Source: a bacterium (GTDB taxonomy: Bacteria; Patescibacteriota; JACMRA01). Taken from it: a DNA stretch of 35,719 nucleotides. Positions 27,730 to 35,719 of the stretch are shown piece by piece. The position numbers were made by a program, and so were the translations under genes. Numbering within the stretch: the first letter of the stretch is position 1; the number at the start of each line of letters is the position of its first letter. The DNA lies in contig JAYUKQ010000099.1 in the NCBI GenBank assembly GCA_043764315.1, forward strand, positions 1-35,719, written 5' to 3'. The notes under the pieces were generated by a model. It ran no database searches. It worked only from the letters and a program-made list of their open reading frames with translations, and had not been told where the DNA came from.

Positions 27730-28290
27730 CTAATTACGAAAGTCGTATACAAATAATTCTTTTTGGAAGCTAAATCCTGGTAAAGTATACTTTTCAGTTG
27801 GTTCAACACCAGTAAGTGGGAACTCTAGGCAAACAACAAGATTATTGTCGAATTGTCCTTTTTCTTTTAGTTTGTCAAGAACTTCAGTTCCAAGGAAACA
27901 GTAAACCATAGATTTGGTAGGAATCTTGTAAGCAAAAATATCTTTTTGAATAATTTCAATATTAGATCTATTGGCTAAGAATTTGGCAATATAATTAGTT
28001 ACAAAATCTAGTTCAACTCCAACTATTTTTTTGAAATTAAAATTATTAGACAAGAATCTAAGAACGTTGCCAGTTCCACAACCAAGTTCCACAACTGTTG
28101 TTTGTTCAGTATTAGCAATATATTTGGGAACGATTGTTAGTAATGATTTGTCAATTTTTTTGATTGAAGTAGGTAAAAACATTATTCTGTCAGTGCGAAT
28201 TCCATAATATAGTTGGTGAATCCAAACCACCATTAAAGTACTTATGAATAGAAAGAAGATGAGAACGAATAAGAATCCAAAGATAGCCAT
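27730..28290 (-). CDS. Membrane-anchored class I SAM-dependent methyltransferase
   Basis: N-terminal TM, FLPTS, VVELGCGTGNVL, IVGVELD, KDIF. Confidence 0.85.
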   Translation of the reverse strand: MAIFGFLFVLIFFLFISTLMVVWIHQLYYGIRTDRIMFLPTSIKKIDKSLLTIVPKYIANTEQTTVVELGCGTGNVLRFLSNNFNFKKIVGVELDFVTNYIAKFLANRSNIEIIQKDIFAYKIPTKSMVYCFLGTEVLDKLKEKGQFDNNLVVCLEFPLTGVEPTEKYTLPGFSFQKELFVYDFRN

Positions 28291-28426
28291 GTAATTTTTT
28301 TATTTTTTATTTTGGGAAGTAATATTAGTATAAGTTAGGTTTTTGCTTTTGTAAAATACACATTTGAGTTCAATTGTTAATTAATTTTTGACACCGTTAG
28401 TAGATTGTGTTAAATTGCATACTAAT

Positions 28427-28873
28427 ATGGCTGAAAATTATTTGAATAAATTAACCAGAGATCATAGTAAGCCGCTAGGTCATGATTTTTTTCAGTTCAA
28501 AAGCCCACGCAAAGCACTTAGTTATTTAAACAAACAACTTGTAGAATTATTTAACAAAAATAACCAAACTCAAGGTGGAAATAGCAAAGGCTTTGATCAT
28601 GCATTAGATCCACTACGCAACATGATGGGATCGTCAGATAATCGACCTTCTCCGCTAAGCCCAATGTTAGCAGAATCAACTCGATCACAAGCTTCTAATA
28701 ATACATTTACTTCACCGCGAAATATTCAAACGAACAACTCAACTCAACTTGCCGCTCAACAAAAAATGATGCAAGATATACAATCTCAAAGACAACAAGC
28801 TACCCAACAGCCTCAATCAACTCAACAACAAACATTGAATCAGAGACAAATTGAACAAAGAGCAAGTTTTTAA
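28427..28873 (+). CDS. Hypothetical Q/N/S-rich protein
   Basis: ATG 28427 lies behind TTGACA(28388)-17-TAAATT; low-complexity C-terminus. Confidence 0.65.
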   Translation: MAENYLNKLTRDHSKPLGHDFFQFKSPRKALSYLNKQLVELFNKNNQTQGGNSKGFDHALDPLRNMMGSSDNRPSPLSPMLAESTRSQASNNTFTSPRNIQTNNSTQLAAQQKMMQDIQSQRQQATQQPQSTQQQTLNQRQIEQRASF

Positions 28874-28897
28874 AGTATTCTGATTTTAAAAAATAAT

Positions 28898-29350
28898 ATG
28901 CCAAACAAACAAGAACAAGAGCCAATTTTTGCTCAAGATCTGGAAAATCCAATTGAACTCTCCACCAAAGTTACAGGTCGAGTCTGGGAATGGCTCAAGA
29001 ACCCTAACCTAAATTCAATCTGGAATTCTTTTAAATCTACAATCGAATTAGTAACTAGCGGCAAAGAAGAATCAGAAACTGATGGAGTAATAATTAAAAC
29101 ACCAAAAAAAGTAAAACTAGAAGTTGACCTAGAACATGGTACAATTACCCACAAAAAAGAAAATAAAAATTCTAAACTATCTTCCAGACTAAGAAACCAA
29201 ATTCAATCTTTGATCAAAAAATTCTCCAGTCAATCTAACAATTATACTGACTTCACCAGACAAAGTTCAACCAACAACCCAAAACCAACTCAACCAACTC
29301 ACACCGCTAATTTGATCAACTCTTTACAATCCAGTAGAAAAGATAGATAA
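28898..29350 (+). CDS. Hypothetical protein
   Basis: 150 aa ORF tightly spaced between the previous gene and uvrC. Confidence 0.65.
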   Translation: MPNKQEQEPIFAQDLENPIELSTKVTGRVWEWLKNPNLNSIWNSFKSTIELVTSGKEESETDGVIIKTPKKVKLEVDLEHGTITHKKENKNSKLSSRLRNQIQSLIKKFSSQSNNYTDFTRQSSTNNPKPTQPTHTANLINSLQSSRKDR

Positions 29351-29359
29351 ATCTAGAAC

Positions 29360-30367
29360 ATGACTCCAGGACAAATTCAAAACATTCTCAAGAACCTACC
29401 TCAACAATCTGGGGTTTATCGCTTTTATGGAATGGCGGACAATCTACTATATATAGGAAAAGCCAAAAATCTCAAAAATCGAGTTAGTTCTTACTTCCAA
29501 ATTAGTCGACATGAAGACAATATTCGCTTACAGAATATGGTTAGCCAAATCGAAAGAGTCGATTACACAGTGGTCAAAAATGAAAAAGAATCACTAATCC
29601 TCGAAGCTAACTTAATTCACAATCTTCAGCCTAAATATAACATCCAACTCAAAGATGACAAAAGTTATCTGTATGTAAGAATTAGTAATCAAGGCAGCTG
29701 GCCAAACATTACATTAACTCGTCGTCGATACGATTCCAAAAGCCAATACTTCGGACCATATACTAAAAAATATGGAATTAGTAATTTACTTCGAGTGTTA
29801 AGAATAATTTTTCCTTACTGTGACAAATGTGCAATTGACGGCAAACCATGTAATTACGTCCAACTCAAACAATGTGATGGTATCTGCTGTAATCAAGAAA
29901 GCCTAAATGATTATAAGACCAAAATTAACCAAATTAGCAAAGTTCTTAGCGGACAAACCAAAGAAGTGGAATCATGGTTGAATCAAAAAATGCGAGACGC
30001 TATTAATATTAATAACTTTGAATTGGCTGGATTGTGGCGAGATCGAGTCAGATTACTGGATGAAGTTATTAATGACCAAAAAATTATCCTGCCACACGAA
30101 CAGGATTTGGATATTGTAACTATAGTGATCAAAATTGATTCCAAAAATGACTCAAAAGTTGATTCAACCAGTAATCTCACAGTCGCCGCTGCTTTTGTCC
30201 AAAATATCCGAGCTGGCAAAATGATTAACCTAAGTAACTTCATTCTGTCGGGTCAAGATTATTTTGAAACTGATAATAGTCGATTAGTACAAAGATTCAT
30301 GATCGATTATTACGCCAACAAATCTAATCCAGTGGAAGTTCTTCTCAATGTCTGGGAGGATAGATAA
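29360..30367 (+). CDS. uvrC: Excinuclease ABC subunit C, N-terminal half (GIY-YIG, Cys cluster, UVR)
   Basis: LPQQSGVYRF..LLYIGKAKNLKNRVSSYF, PKYNIQLKDDKSY, YFGPY, Cys cluster, FELAGLWRDRV; stops at 335 aa without the C-terminal endonuclease or HhH domains. Confidence 0.88.
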   Translation: MTPGQIQNILKNLPQQSGVYRFYGMADNLLYIGKAKNLKNRVSSYFQISRHEDNIRLQNMVSQIERVDYTVVKNEKESLILEANLIHNLQPKYNIQLKDDKSYLYVRISNQGSWPNITLTRRRYDSKSQYFGPYTKKYGISNLLRVLRIIFPYCDKCAIDGKPCNYVQLKQCDGICCNQESLNDYKTKINQISKVLSGQTKEVESWLNQKMRDAININNFELAGLWRDRVRLLDEVINDQKIILPHEQDLDIVTIVIKIDSKNDSKVDSTSNLTVAAAFVQNIRAGKMINLSNFILSGQDYFETDNSRLVQRFMIDYYANKSNPVEVLLNVWEDR

Positions 30368-30399
30368 AAAATTGAAGCAATCTTTTTGGTTTTAAATTT

Positions 30400-31764
30400 T
30401 TATTTGATAACAACTGTCTTGATATTCATGAAAGCTTTGACACCATAATGAGACAGCTCTCTACCGAAGCCAGAGTTTTTGATTCCACCGTAAGGTAATT
30501 TGGGATCACTAGTAAGCATTGTGTTGACAAATACGTTTCCAGCTTCTAATTGATTGATCAGATCATCCGCCAAATTAATATCTCGTGTCCACAAACTTGC
30601 ACCAAGTCCATACTCGGTATCGTTAGCAACTTCAATTGCTTCAGACACAGTATCAACTTCAATAATTGAGGCAACTGGACCAAAAACTTCCTCCCGATAC
30701 ACTGGCATATCCTTAGTAATATTAGTCAAAACCGTAGGCAAATAAACCAAAGGTCGACCTTCTTGAACTTGACCACCAACCAAGACTTTGGCACCCATAG
30801 CTACAGAATCATTAACTTGAGACGATATTTCTATAACTGCTGTTGCACTAACAACTGGACCAATATCGGAAGTTGGATCGATGGGATCGAGAATTTTCAT
30901 AGCTTGAACAGCTTCAACCAAAAGACGAGTGAAATCACTGGCAATTTCTTTTTGAACAATGAATCTCTTGGCAGCATTACAGCTTTGACCAGCGTTGCGA
31001 AACCGTGACAAAATAGCCGCAGGAATAACTTTGGTCAGGTCGGCATCATTGAGAACGATGAATGGATCAGAACCGCCAAGTTCCATAACACAAGGTTTTA
31101 CATTTTGACCACACAGAGCCGCTACACTTCTACCAACATTTGTTGAACCAGTTAGGCTAACTCCAGCTACACGTGGGTCAGTTACAATCTGTTCAGAATC
31201 TGCACCCGAAACCAAAAAATTGGTAAACACTCCTTCAGCAAAACCAGCTTTAAGGAAGCAATTAGCCAGTGCAGTAGAACATTGAGGTACATTACTCGCA
31301 TGTTTGATCGCATATACATTACCAGAAAGAATTACAGGAGTAGCAACACGCATAACCTGCCAAAACGGAAAATTCCAAGGCATAATACTAAAAATCAAAC
31401 CAAGTGGAGCAACTCGGACTTCGCTTTTTTGACCTGGAATGTCGACTACTTCAGGCTTCAATATATTAGCCATCTCTGAACTGTAATGATTGATTCCTGA
31501 TATACATTTGTCGATTTGACCGAGAGCTTGCTTAATTGGCACACCAACTTCTAGAGTTATTAATTTGGCTAAGTTTTCTTTTTCGGCTTTGAGGACTTCA
31601 ATCAGATTAGCAAAAAGTTGAATTCTAATTTCAAGTGGAGTTTTTTTCCAAGATTGGTAAGTGGTTATTGCTTGGTCTAACTTAGAATTAATAACGGTAG
31701 AATCATCAGCTACAAAGTCTTTGAGGACTTCTTGTGTATAAGGATTATAAGATTGAATTGGCAT
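30400..31764 (-). CDS. NAD(P)-dependent succinate-semialdehyde dehydrogenase-like aldehyde dehydrogenase
   Basis: IMPWNFPFWQV, KHASNVP, LTGS, MELGGSDPF, NAGQSCNAAKRF, EEVFGPVA, PYGGIKNSGFGRELS. Start at ATG 31764. Confidence 0.92.
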   Translation of the reverse strand: MPIQSYNPYTQEVLKDFVADDSTVINSKLDQAITTYQSWKKTPLEIRIQLFANLIEVLKAEKENLAKLITLEVGVPIKQALGQIDKCISGINHYSSEMANILKPEVVDIPGQKSEVRVAPLGLIFSIMPWNFPFWQVMRVATPVILSGNVYAIKHASNVPQCSTALANCFLKAGFAEGVFTNFLVSGADSEQIVTDPRVAGVSLTGSTNVGRSVAALCGQNVKPCVMELGGSDPFIVLNDADLTKVIPAAILSRFRNAGQSCNAAKRFIVQKEIASDFTRLLVEAVQAMKILDPIDPTSDIGPVVSATAVIEISSQVNDSVAMGAKVLVGGQVQEGRPLVYLPTVLTNITKDMPVYREEVFGPVASIIEVDTVSEAIEVANDTEYGLGASLWTRDINLADDLINQLEAGNVFVNTMLTSDPKLPYGGIKNSGFGRELSHYGVKAFMNIKTVVIK

Positions 31765-31822
31765 GTTCAAAGGTAAAGTAAGATTAGGTTGATTGTCAAT
31801 CATGAGCTATAATAAAAAACCG

Positions 31823-31849
31823 TTGACATTTGTGTGTGTGTGTTAGGTT
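31823..31849 (+). promoter_or_regulatory. TTGACA-TTT(GT)n promoter, copy 3
   Basis: ttgacatttgtgtgtgtgtgttaggtt. Confidence 0.72.
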
Positions 31850-31878
31850 TACAACTGAATTTTAATCAATTTTTATTT

Positions 31879-32286
31879 ATGAAACTTTTAAGAAGAATAG
31901 TACCGCTCGTAGGATTAGTTGGATTAGTTAATGTAGGCTGCTCACCAACAGTAGAAACAACAGAGCCAGTTTCAATAACACAAGAAACAAAACCAGTTGA
32001 ACGAACAGCTAAAGACAAATCAAAAGATTTAGAAATATTAAGAGCAAACACCCAAGAGCAAATTACACAACTAACTGCAGCAAAAAAACTTAAAACATGC
32101 GTAATAACCGAAAAACTTCCTGTTTGCAAAAGTCGAATTCCGTTTTCAACAACTGCGGAAAAAAATATTGTCTTAGACATATCAGATTCCGCAACACCAG
32201 CTCAATTACAATTACAAATCAAATCTTTACAAAAAGAATTGGATAAAACGTTAAATGCAATTAGCAACGAATCGCAAAGTAACTAA
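31879..32286 (+). CDS. Putative lipoprotein (orphan)
   Basis: MKLLRRIVPLVGLVGLVNVG-C signal with lipobox-like Cys; coiled-coil segments. Confidence 0.7.
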   Translation: MKLLRRIVPLVGLVGLVNVGCSPTVETTEPVSITQETKPVERTAKDKSKDLEILRANTQEQITQLTAAKKLKTCVITEKLPVCKSRIPFSTTAEKNIVLDISDSATPAQLQLQIKSLQKELDKTLNAISNESQSN

Positions 32287-32365
32287 TCAAATTACAAACA
32301 AGTTATATATAACAACAAAAACCACCAATTACGGTGGAATATTTTTTGTATCTAAAATCTAATCA

Positions 32366-33505
32366 CTAATCGATTTCTGGTAGTTCTTCCGTGCTAGGAA
32401 TAGCGGAACCTTCGAGTTGATCGTTAGTATCACCTTCAATTTTGGCTATAGTTGAAGCAGCTTTGAATTTGGTAAGAATTTGAGCTTTGGCAAGTTCCAT
32501 TTTGGCTGGCATTTGATAAAGAGTTTCTTTGGCTTTTTCACGACCTACACCAAGTTTGATTTCTTCTTCTCCATCCAGCGTAAGAGTGTAAGTATTACCA
32601 TTTTTGGTTACAACTCCATAGTTCGGACCAAAGTCGATAATTTCGCCAGCGAGTGAGAATACTCCAGGTTCGTCAAACATCATATCAGCTTCAGCAATCT
32701 TAAAAGGAGCGGCAAGCTTGTTCTTAACTACTTTGACTTTGATTCTAATTCCTACATCTTGAGTTCCGTTCTTGAGATTACCAGATTTGCGAATATCGAA
32801 CCTTTGTGAAGCGTAGAACTTAAGAGCTTGTCCACCAGTTGTAGTTTCAGGATTACCGAACATTACACCAATCTTGAGACGAATCTGATTAATAAAAATA
32901 ACTACAGTTTTGGATTTGCTAATTGCACCAGTGATTTTGCGAAGAGCTTGGGACATAAGACGAGCTTGTACACCCATTTGACTATCTCCCATATTGCCTT
33001 CAATTTCGGAGCGAGGTACAAGAGCTGCTACAGAGTCAATTACAATAATATCAAAAGCGTTAGAACGAACCAAATTGTCGACAATCTCCAGAGCTTCTTC
33101 ACCGCAGTTAGGTTGAGAAATGTATAGATTATCCAAGTCAACGCCAAATTTGGCAGCCCAAGTTGGATCAAATGCATGTTCAGCATCAATCATTGCCGCA
33201 ATTCCACCAGCTTTTTGGGCTTGAGCAATAGCTGACAAACAAAGTGAAGTTTTTCCACTAGATTCTGGACCATAGATTTCGACAATTCTACCTTTTGGCA
33301 CTCCACCTACACCAGTTGCAAGATCGACCGCAAGTGATCCAGTTGAGATAATTTCTACTGAATTATTGGCAATTTCATTCATTTTCATAATTGAACCTTG
33401 ACCAAAGGAAGAACGAATCTGGGACACGATCATGTCTGCCATTTTTCTTTTTTCGCCGTAGTCTGCTGGCATCGGATTAGTTGTTATTTCAGTTTTTTTG
33501 GCCAT
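32366..33505 (-). CDS. recA: Recombinase RecA
   Basis: [59 protein letters not shown]. Confidence 0.98.
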   Translation of the reverse strand: MAKKTEITTNPMPADYGEKRKMADMIVSQIRSSFGQGSIMKMNEIANNSVEIISTGSLAVDLATGVGGVPKGRIVEIYGPESSGKTSLCLSAIAQAQKAGGIAAMIDAEHAFDPTWAAKFGVDLDNLYISQPNCGEEALEIVDNLVRSNAFDIIVIDSVAALVPRSEIEGNMGDSQMGVQARLMSQALRKITGAISKSKTVVIFINQIRLKIGVMFGNPETTTGGQALKFYASQRFDIRKSGNLKNGTQDVGIRIKVKVVKNKLAAPFKIAEADMMFDEPGVFSLAGEIIDFGPNYGVVTKNGNTYTLTLDGEEEIKLGVGREKAKETLYQMPAKMELAKAQILTKFKAASTIAKIEGDTNDQLEGSAIPSTEELPEID

Positions 33506-33665
33506 AAAAATTTAAGTTAATTTAGCAATCCAAAATGGACAATGCTAACACCTGTGAGCCTATCAAACAGAACTTGGTATTGTCAAGGATAATCCATTTT
33601 TATCAAAACAAGCTTTGACAGTTTATCAAAACTGCTGCAAATTTTGGTAGCTTAATTTTTTGTTT

Positions 33666-34625
33666 ATGCCCCAAATTGTATCTCAACCAAACAGCATAAT
33701 CTTGGCAGGATCGAATTCACGTCGCCTCGCTTACTCTATTGGTAATACTTTTAATCTACCAGTATTGCAACACAAAATAACTCATTTTATCAACTCTGAA
33801 ATGAAAATAACTTTACCTTTTCGTTTGGATCTGGATACCAAAGTTTGGCTTGTGCAATCGACTTCTAATCCTGCCAACGATAATTTGATGGAGTTGATGC
33901 TTATGGTCGACACTCTAAGACTGGAAGGTATTACTGATATTAACGTTGTAATTCCATATTTTGGCTATTCGCGTCAAGACAAGCAGCATCTGTCTGGTGA
34001 GTGTCTGTCGATGAAGATGATTACTAACATTCTAATGAACCTTGGAGTCCAACAAATTGTAACTTGTGACATTCACAACACTGGAATACTTGAAGGGCTT
34101 AACCTTAAAGTCATAGACCAAAGTACTCTTGGAGTTATGGCAACTCAAATCTACAAAGACTTGAAGCTCAATTCAGAAACTGAAAAAAACTTTATTATTG
34201 CTTCTCCAGATCAAGGCGGAGTTTTTAGATGTGACTACTTTGCCAAGCATTTTTATTCAGATCAGGCTAATGTCAAAATGGTCTCCATCAAAAAAGAAAG
34301 AGAATTAACAACAGCTCATTACTCCAGTGCTGTTGAGCTTTATGGTGAAATTGATAGATCAAGTATAATCTTAATTGACGATGTATCAACTAGTGGAGGA
34401 ACGATTCTAAACGCTATTGAGCTGTGCAAATCCAACCATGTCACCAATGTATATGTAGTTATAGTTCACGCTGATTTTGCCAAAGGTGTCGTCGAAAAGT
34501 TCGAGAATCATGATTTGATCAAAAAAATCTATACTAGTAATACTATAGAAAAACCGGTTGAAGACTTAGATTGGTTCCACAAAGTCAAAATTATAGACAT
34601 TGCCGCCAGCCTAGATTTGAATTAA
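33666..34625 (+). CDS. prs: Ribose-phosphate pyrophosphokinase
   Basis: QSTSNPANDNLMELM, PYFGYSRQDK, DIH, SPDQGG, LIDDVSTSGGT. Confidence 0.93.
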   Translation: MPQIVSQPNSIILAGSNSRRLAYSIGNTFNLPVLQHKITHFINSEMKITLPFRLDLDTKVWLVQSTSNPANDNLMELMLMVDTLRLEGITDINVVIPYFGYSRQDKQHLSGECLSMKMITNILMNLGVQQIVTCDIHNTGILEGLNLKVIDQSTLGVMATQIYKDLKLNSETEKNFIIASPDQGGVFRCDYFAKHFYSDQANVKMVSIKKERELTTAHYSSAVELYGEIDRSSIILIDDVSTSGGTILNAIELCKSNHVTNVYVVIVHADFAKGVVEKFENHDLIKKIYTSNTIEKPVEDLDWFHKVKIIDIAASLDLN

Positions 34626-34748
34626 ACCGAATAAACTTAACATAGATAAAAAAAACACTATAATTCTGAACATTGATTTTGGGATCTAAAATGGAATCTA
34701 AAAACTACAAAACCCAAAACGGGTCTTTTTTTGTATTCTAAGAAAGTG

Positions 34749-34775
34749 TTGACATTTGTGTGTGTGTAGTAAAAT
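34749..34775 (+). promoter_or_regulatory. TTGACA-TTT(GT)n promoter, copy 4
   Basis: ttgacatttgtgtgtgtgtagtaaaat, preceded by aacccaaaacgggtcttttttt and a degenerate REP at 34661-34687. Confidence 0.75.
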
Positions 34776-34825
34776 TACTAAGCAAATCAATTTTTGCGTT
34801 AATTTTTACAAAATACTACGAGTTT

Positions 34826-35056
34826 ATGAAACCAAAAGAAGGTGATAGAGTTGCTATAACGGAAGATCTCAAAATTGGTCCAAATGTAGAAAGCCAAAAG
34901 GGAACTGTCACAAAAGGAACAGAAGGAACACTCGAAGAAGATGGAATGGATATAATGTTGGATAGAGTAAGATTAGACACACCTCTTGTTACCCCAAGTG
35001 GTCACAGATATGAAACAATACCAGTTTCAAAAAGTAAAATATCCAAAGTAGATTAA
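34826..35056 (+). CDS. Small hypothetical protein (possible SH3-like barrel)
   Basis: MKPKEGDRVAITEDL...KGTEGTL...VRLD; terminator aactcct-gaattat-aggagtt at 35067-35093. Confidence 0.65.
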   Translation: MKPKEGDRVAITEDLKIGPNVESQKGTVTKGTEGTLEEDGMDIMLDRVRLDTPLVTPSGHRYETIPVSKSKISKVD

Positions 35057-35102
35057 AATGTAACTAAACTCCTGAATTATAGGAGTTATTTTTAAGTTCA
35101 AA

Positions 35103-35393
35103 TCAAAACTCCACAGTTTTACTAGCTTTGGTGAATCTTGGCATTGTACAGCCTTCCACTTTAACCATTCCCACGAACTCTTCCAGCGGTCGAATATAAC
35201 AACTTATTCCAAACTTAGCCAAATGATCATTGTTGTTCTCCACATTTTGCGGGGCATAAACCACCCAGCGATCTGAATAGTTATCGTCGTGAGCATTACC
35301 AGCCAAACCTACGACTTTGTATACATAATGTGAATTTTTTTGAACAAAATACTTATAATGATAAAAAATATCACCAATGTGTGGAATAGTCAT
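35103..35393 (-). CDS. DUF1653 domain protein
   Basis: FYHYK...YKVVGLA...VVYAP...YIRPLEEF...PRF. Start at ATG 35393. Confidence 0.8.
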   Translation of the reverse strand: MTIPHIGDIFYHYKYFVQKNSHYVYKVVGLAGNAHDDNYSDRWVVYAPQNVENNNDHLAKFGISCYIRPLEEFVGMVKVEGCTMPRFTKASKTVEF

Positions 35394-35631
35394 AATCAAA
35401 GACAACTTCCAGCTTAAAGCTTTGTCAAATATCAATTTCGTTCAAATTATGAGAAAAAGAAAAACCTCACTGTGGCAAACCAGTCCCATTAGAAAAACCC
35501 ACTTAAAATCAATTAGGTGGGTATTCTTTTTTGTATATTTGGGTAAATATTTTGATTTGAGATAATATTGTTATACTCCTTTCACTAAATACAATACTTG
35601 TACAATTCCTAACTCCAAAAAAAACCTCAAA

Positions 35632-35719
35632 GAAACCCAGTCAACTTCGCTGCCAGCCCCTTAACAAGAGGCAATTTGGTGTGAATTAATTTTGAACTGT
35701 AATTAGTGAAATGAGTATA
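35632..35719 (+). repeat. REP-like element, long copy (near-copy of 884-974)
   Basis: See 884-974; runs to the window end. Confidence 0.85.

Noticed and set aside
8886-30367. UGA recoding (code 25) as the cause of the truncated genes
   Set aside because: The truncated genes end in TAG or TAA, and long conserved ORFs have no in-frame TGA.
33541-33620. LexA box upstream of recA
   Set aside because: No match to CTGT-N8-ACAG or GAAC-N4-GTTC; only divergent sigma70-like promoters are evident.
14-35565. Short antisense or overlapping ORFs in the track (e.g. 14-256, 411-665, 6054-6359, 10224-10538, 16360-16665, 20745-21095, 32828-33127, 35377-35565)
   Set aside because: They overlap well-supported genes and carry no recognisable motifs; shadow ORFs.

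Overview
AT-rich bacterial chromosomal segment, most likely from a Patescibacteria/CPR organism (inferred from CPR-style LysRS motifs HLQEYTQIEWY and GFGTSER, a near-absence of Shine-Dalgarno sites and many orphan genes; genetic code 11 fits). It holds housekeeping genes (recA, rnc, pgk, prs, dcd, nrdB with tandem NrdR boxes, Hsp20, an aldehyde dehydrogenase, tRNA-Arg(CCU)) and a MarR-MacAB-like ABC exporter operon interrupted by an OLD-family ATPase/TOPRIM nuclease. The most striking element is a class II lysyl-tRNA synthetase split inside its anticodon-binding OB fold into two intact genes in permuted order. The C-terminal piece comes first and is fused to an AlaX editing domain; the N-terminal piece comes second. 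recJ and uvrC are also present only as clean N-terminal halves, which hints at lineage-wide gene fission. Four unrelated small orphan genes sit behind a shared TTGACA-TTT(GT)n promoter module. Many genes look leaderless (-35 hexamer 35-39 nt before the ATG), and two families of REP-like palindromic repeats are dispersed through the intergenic regions.
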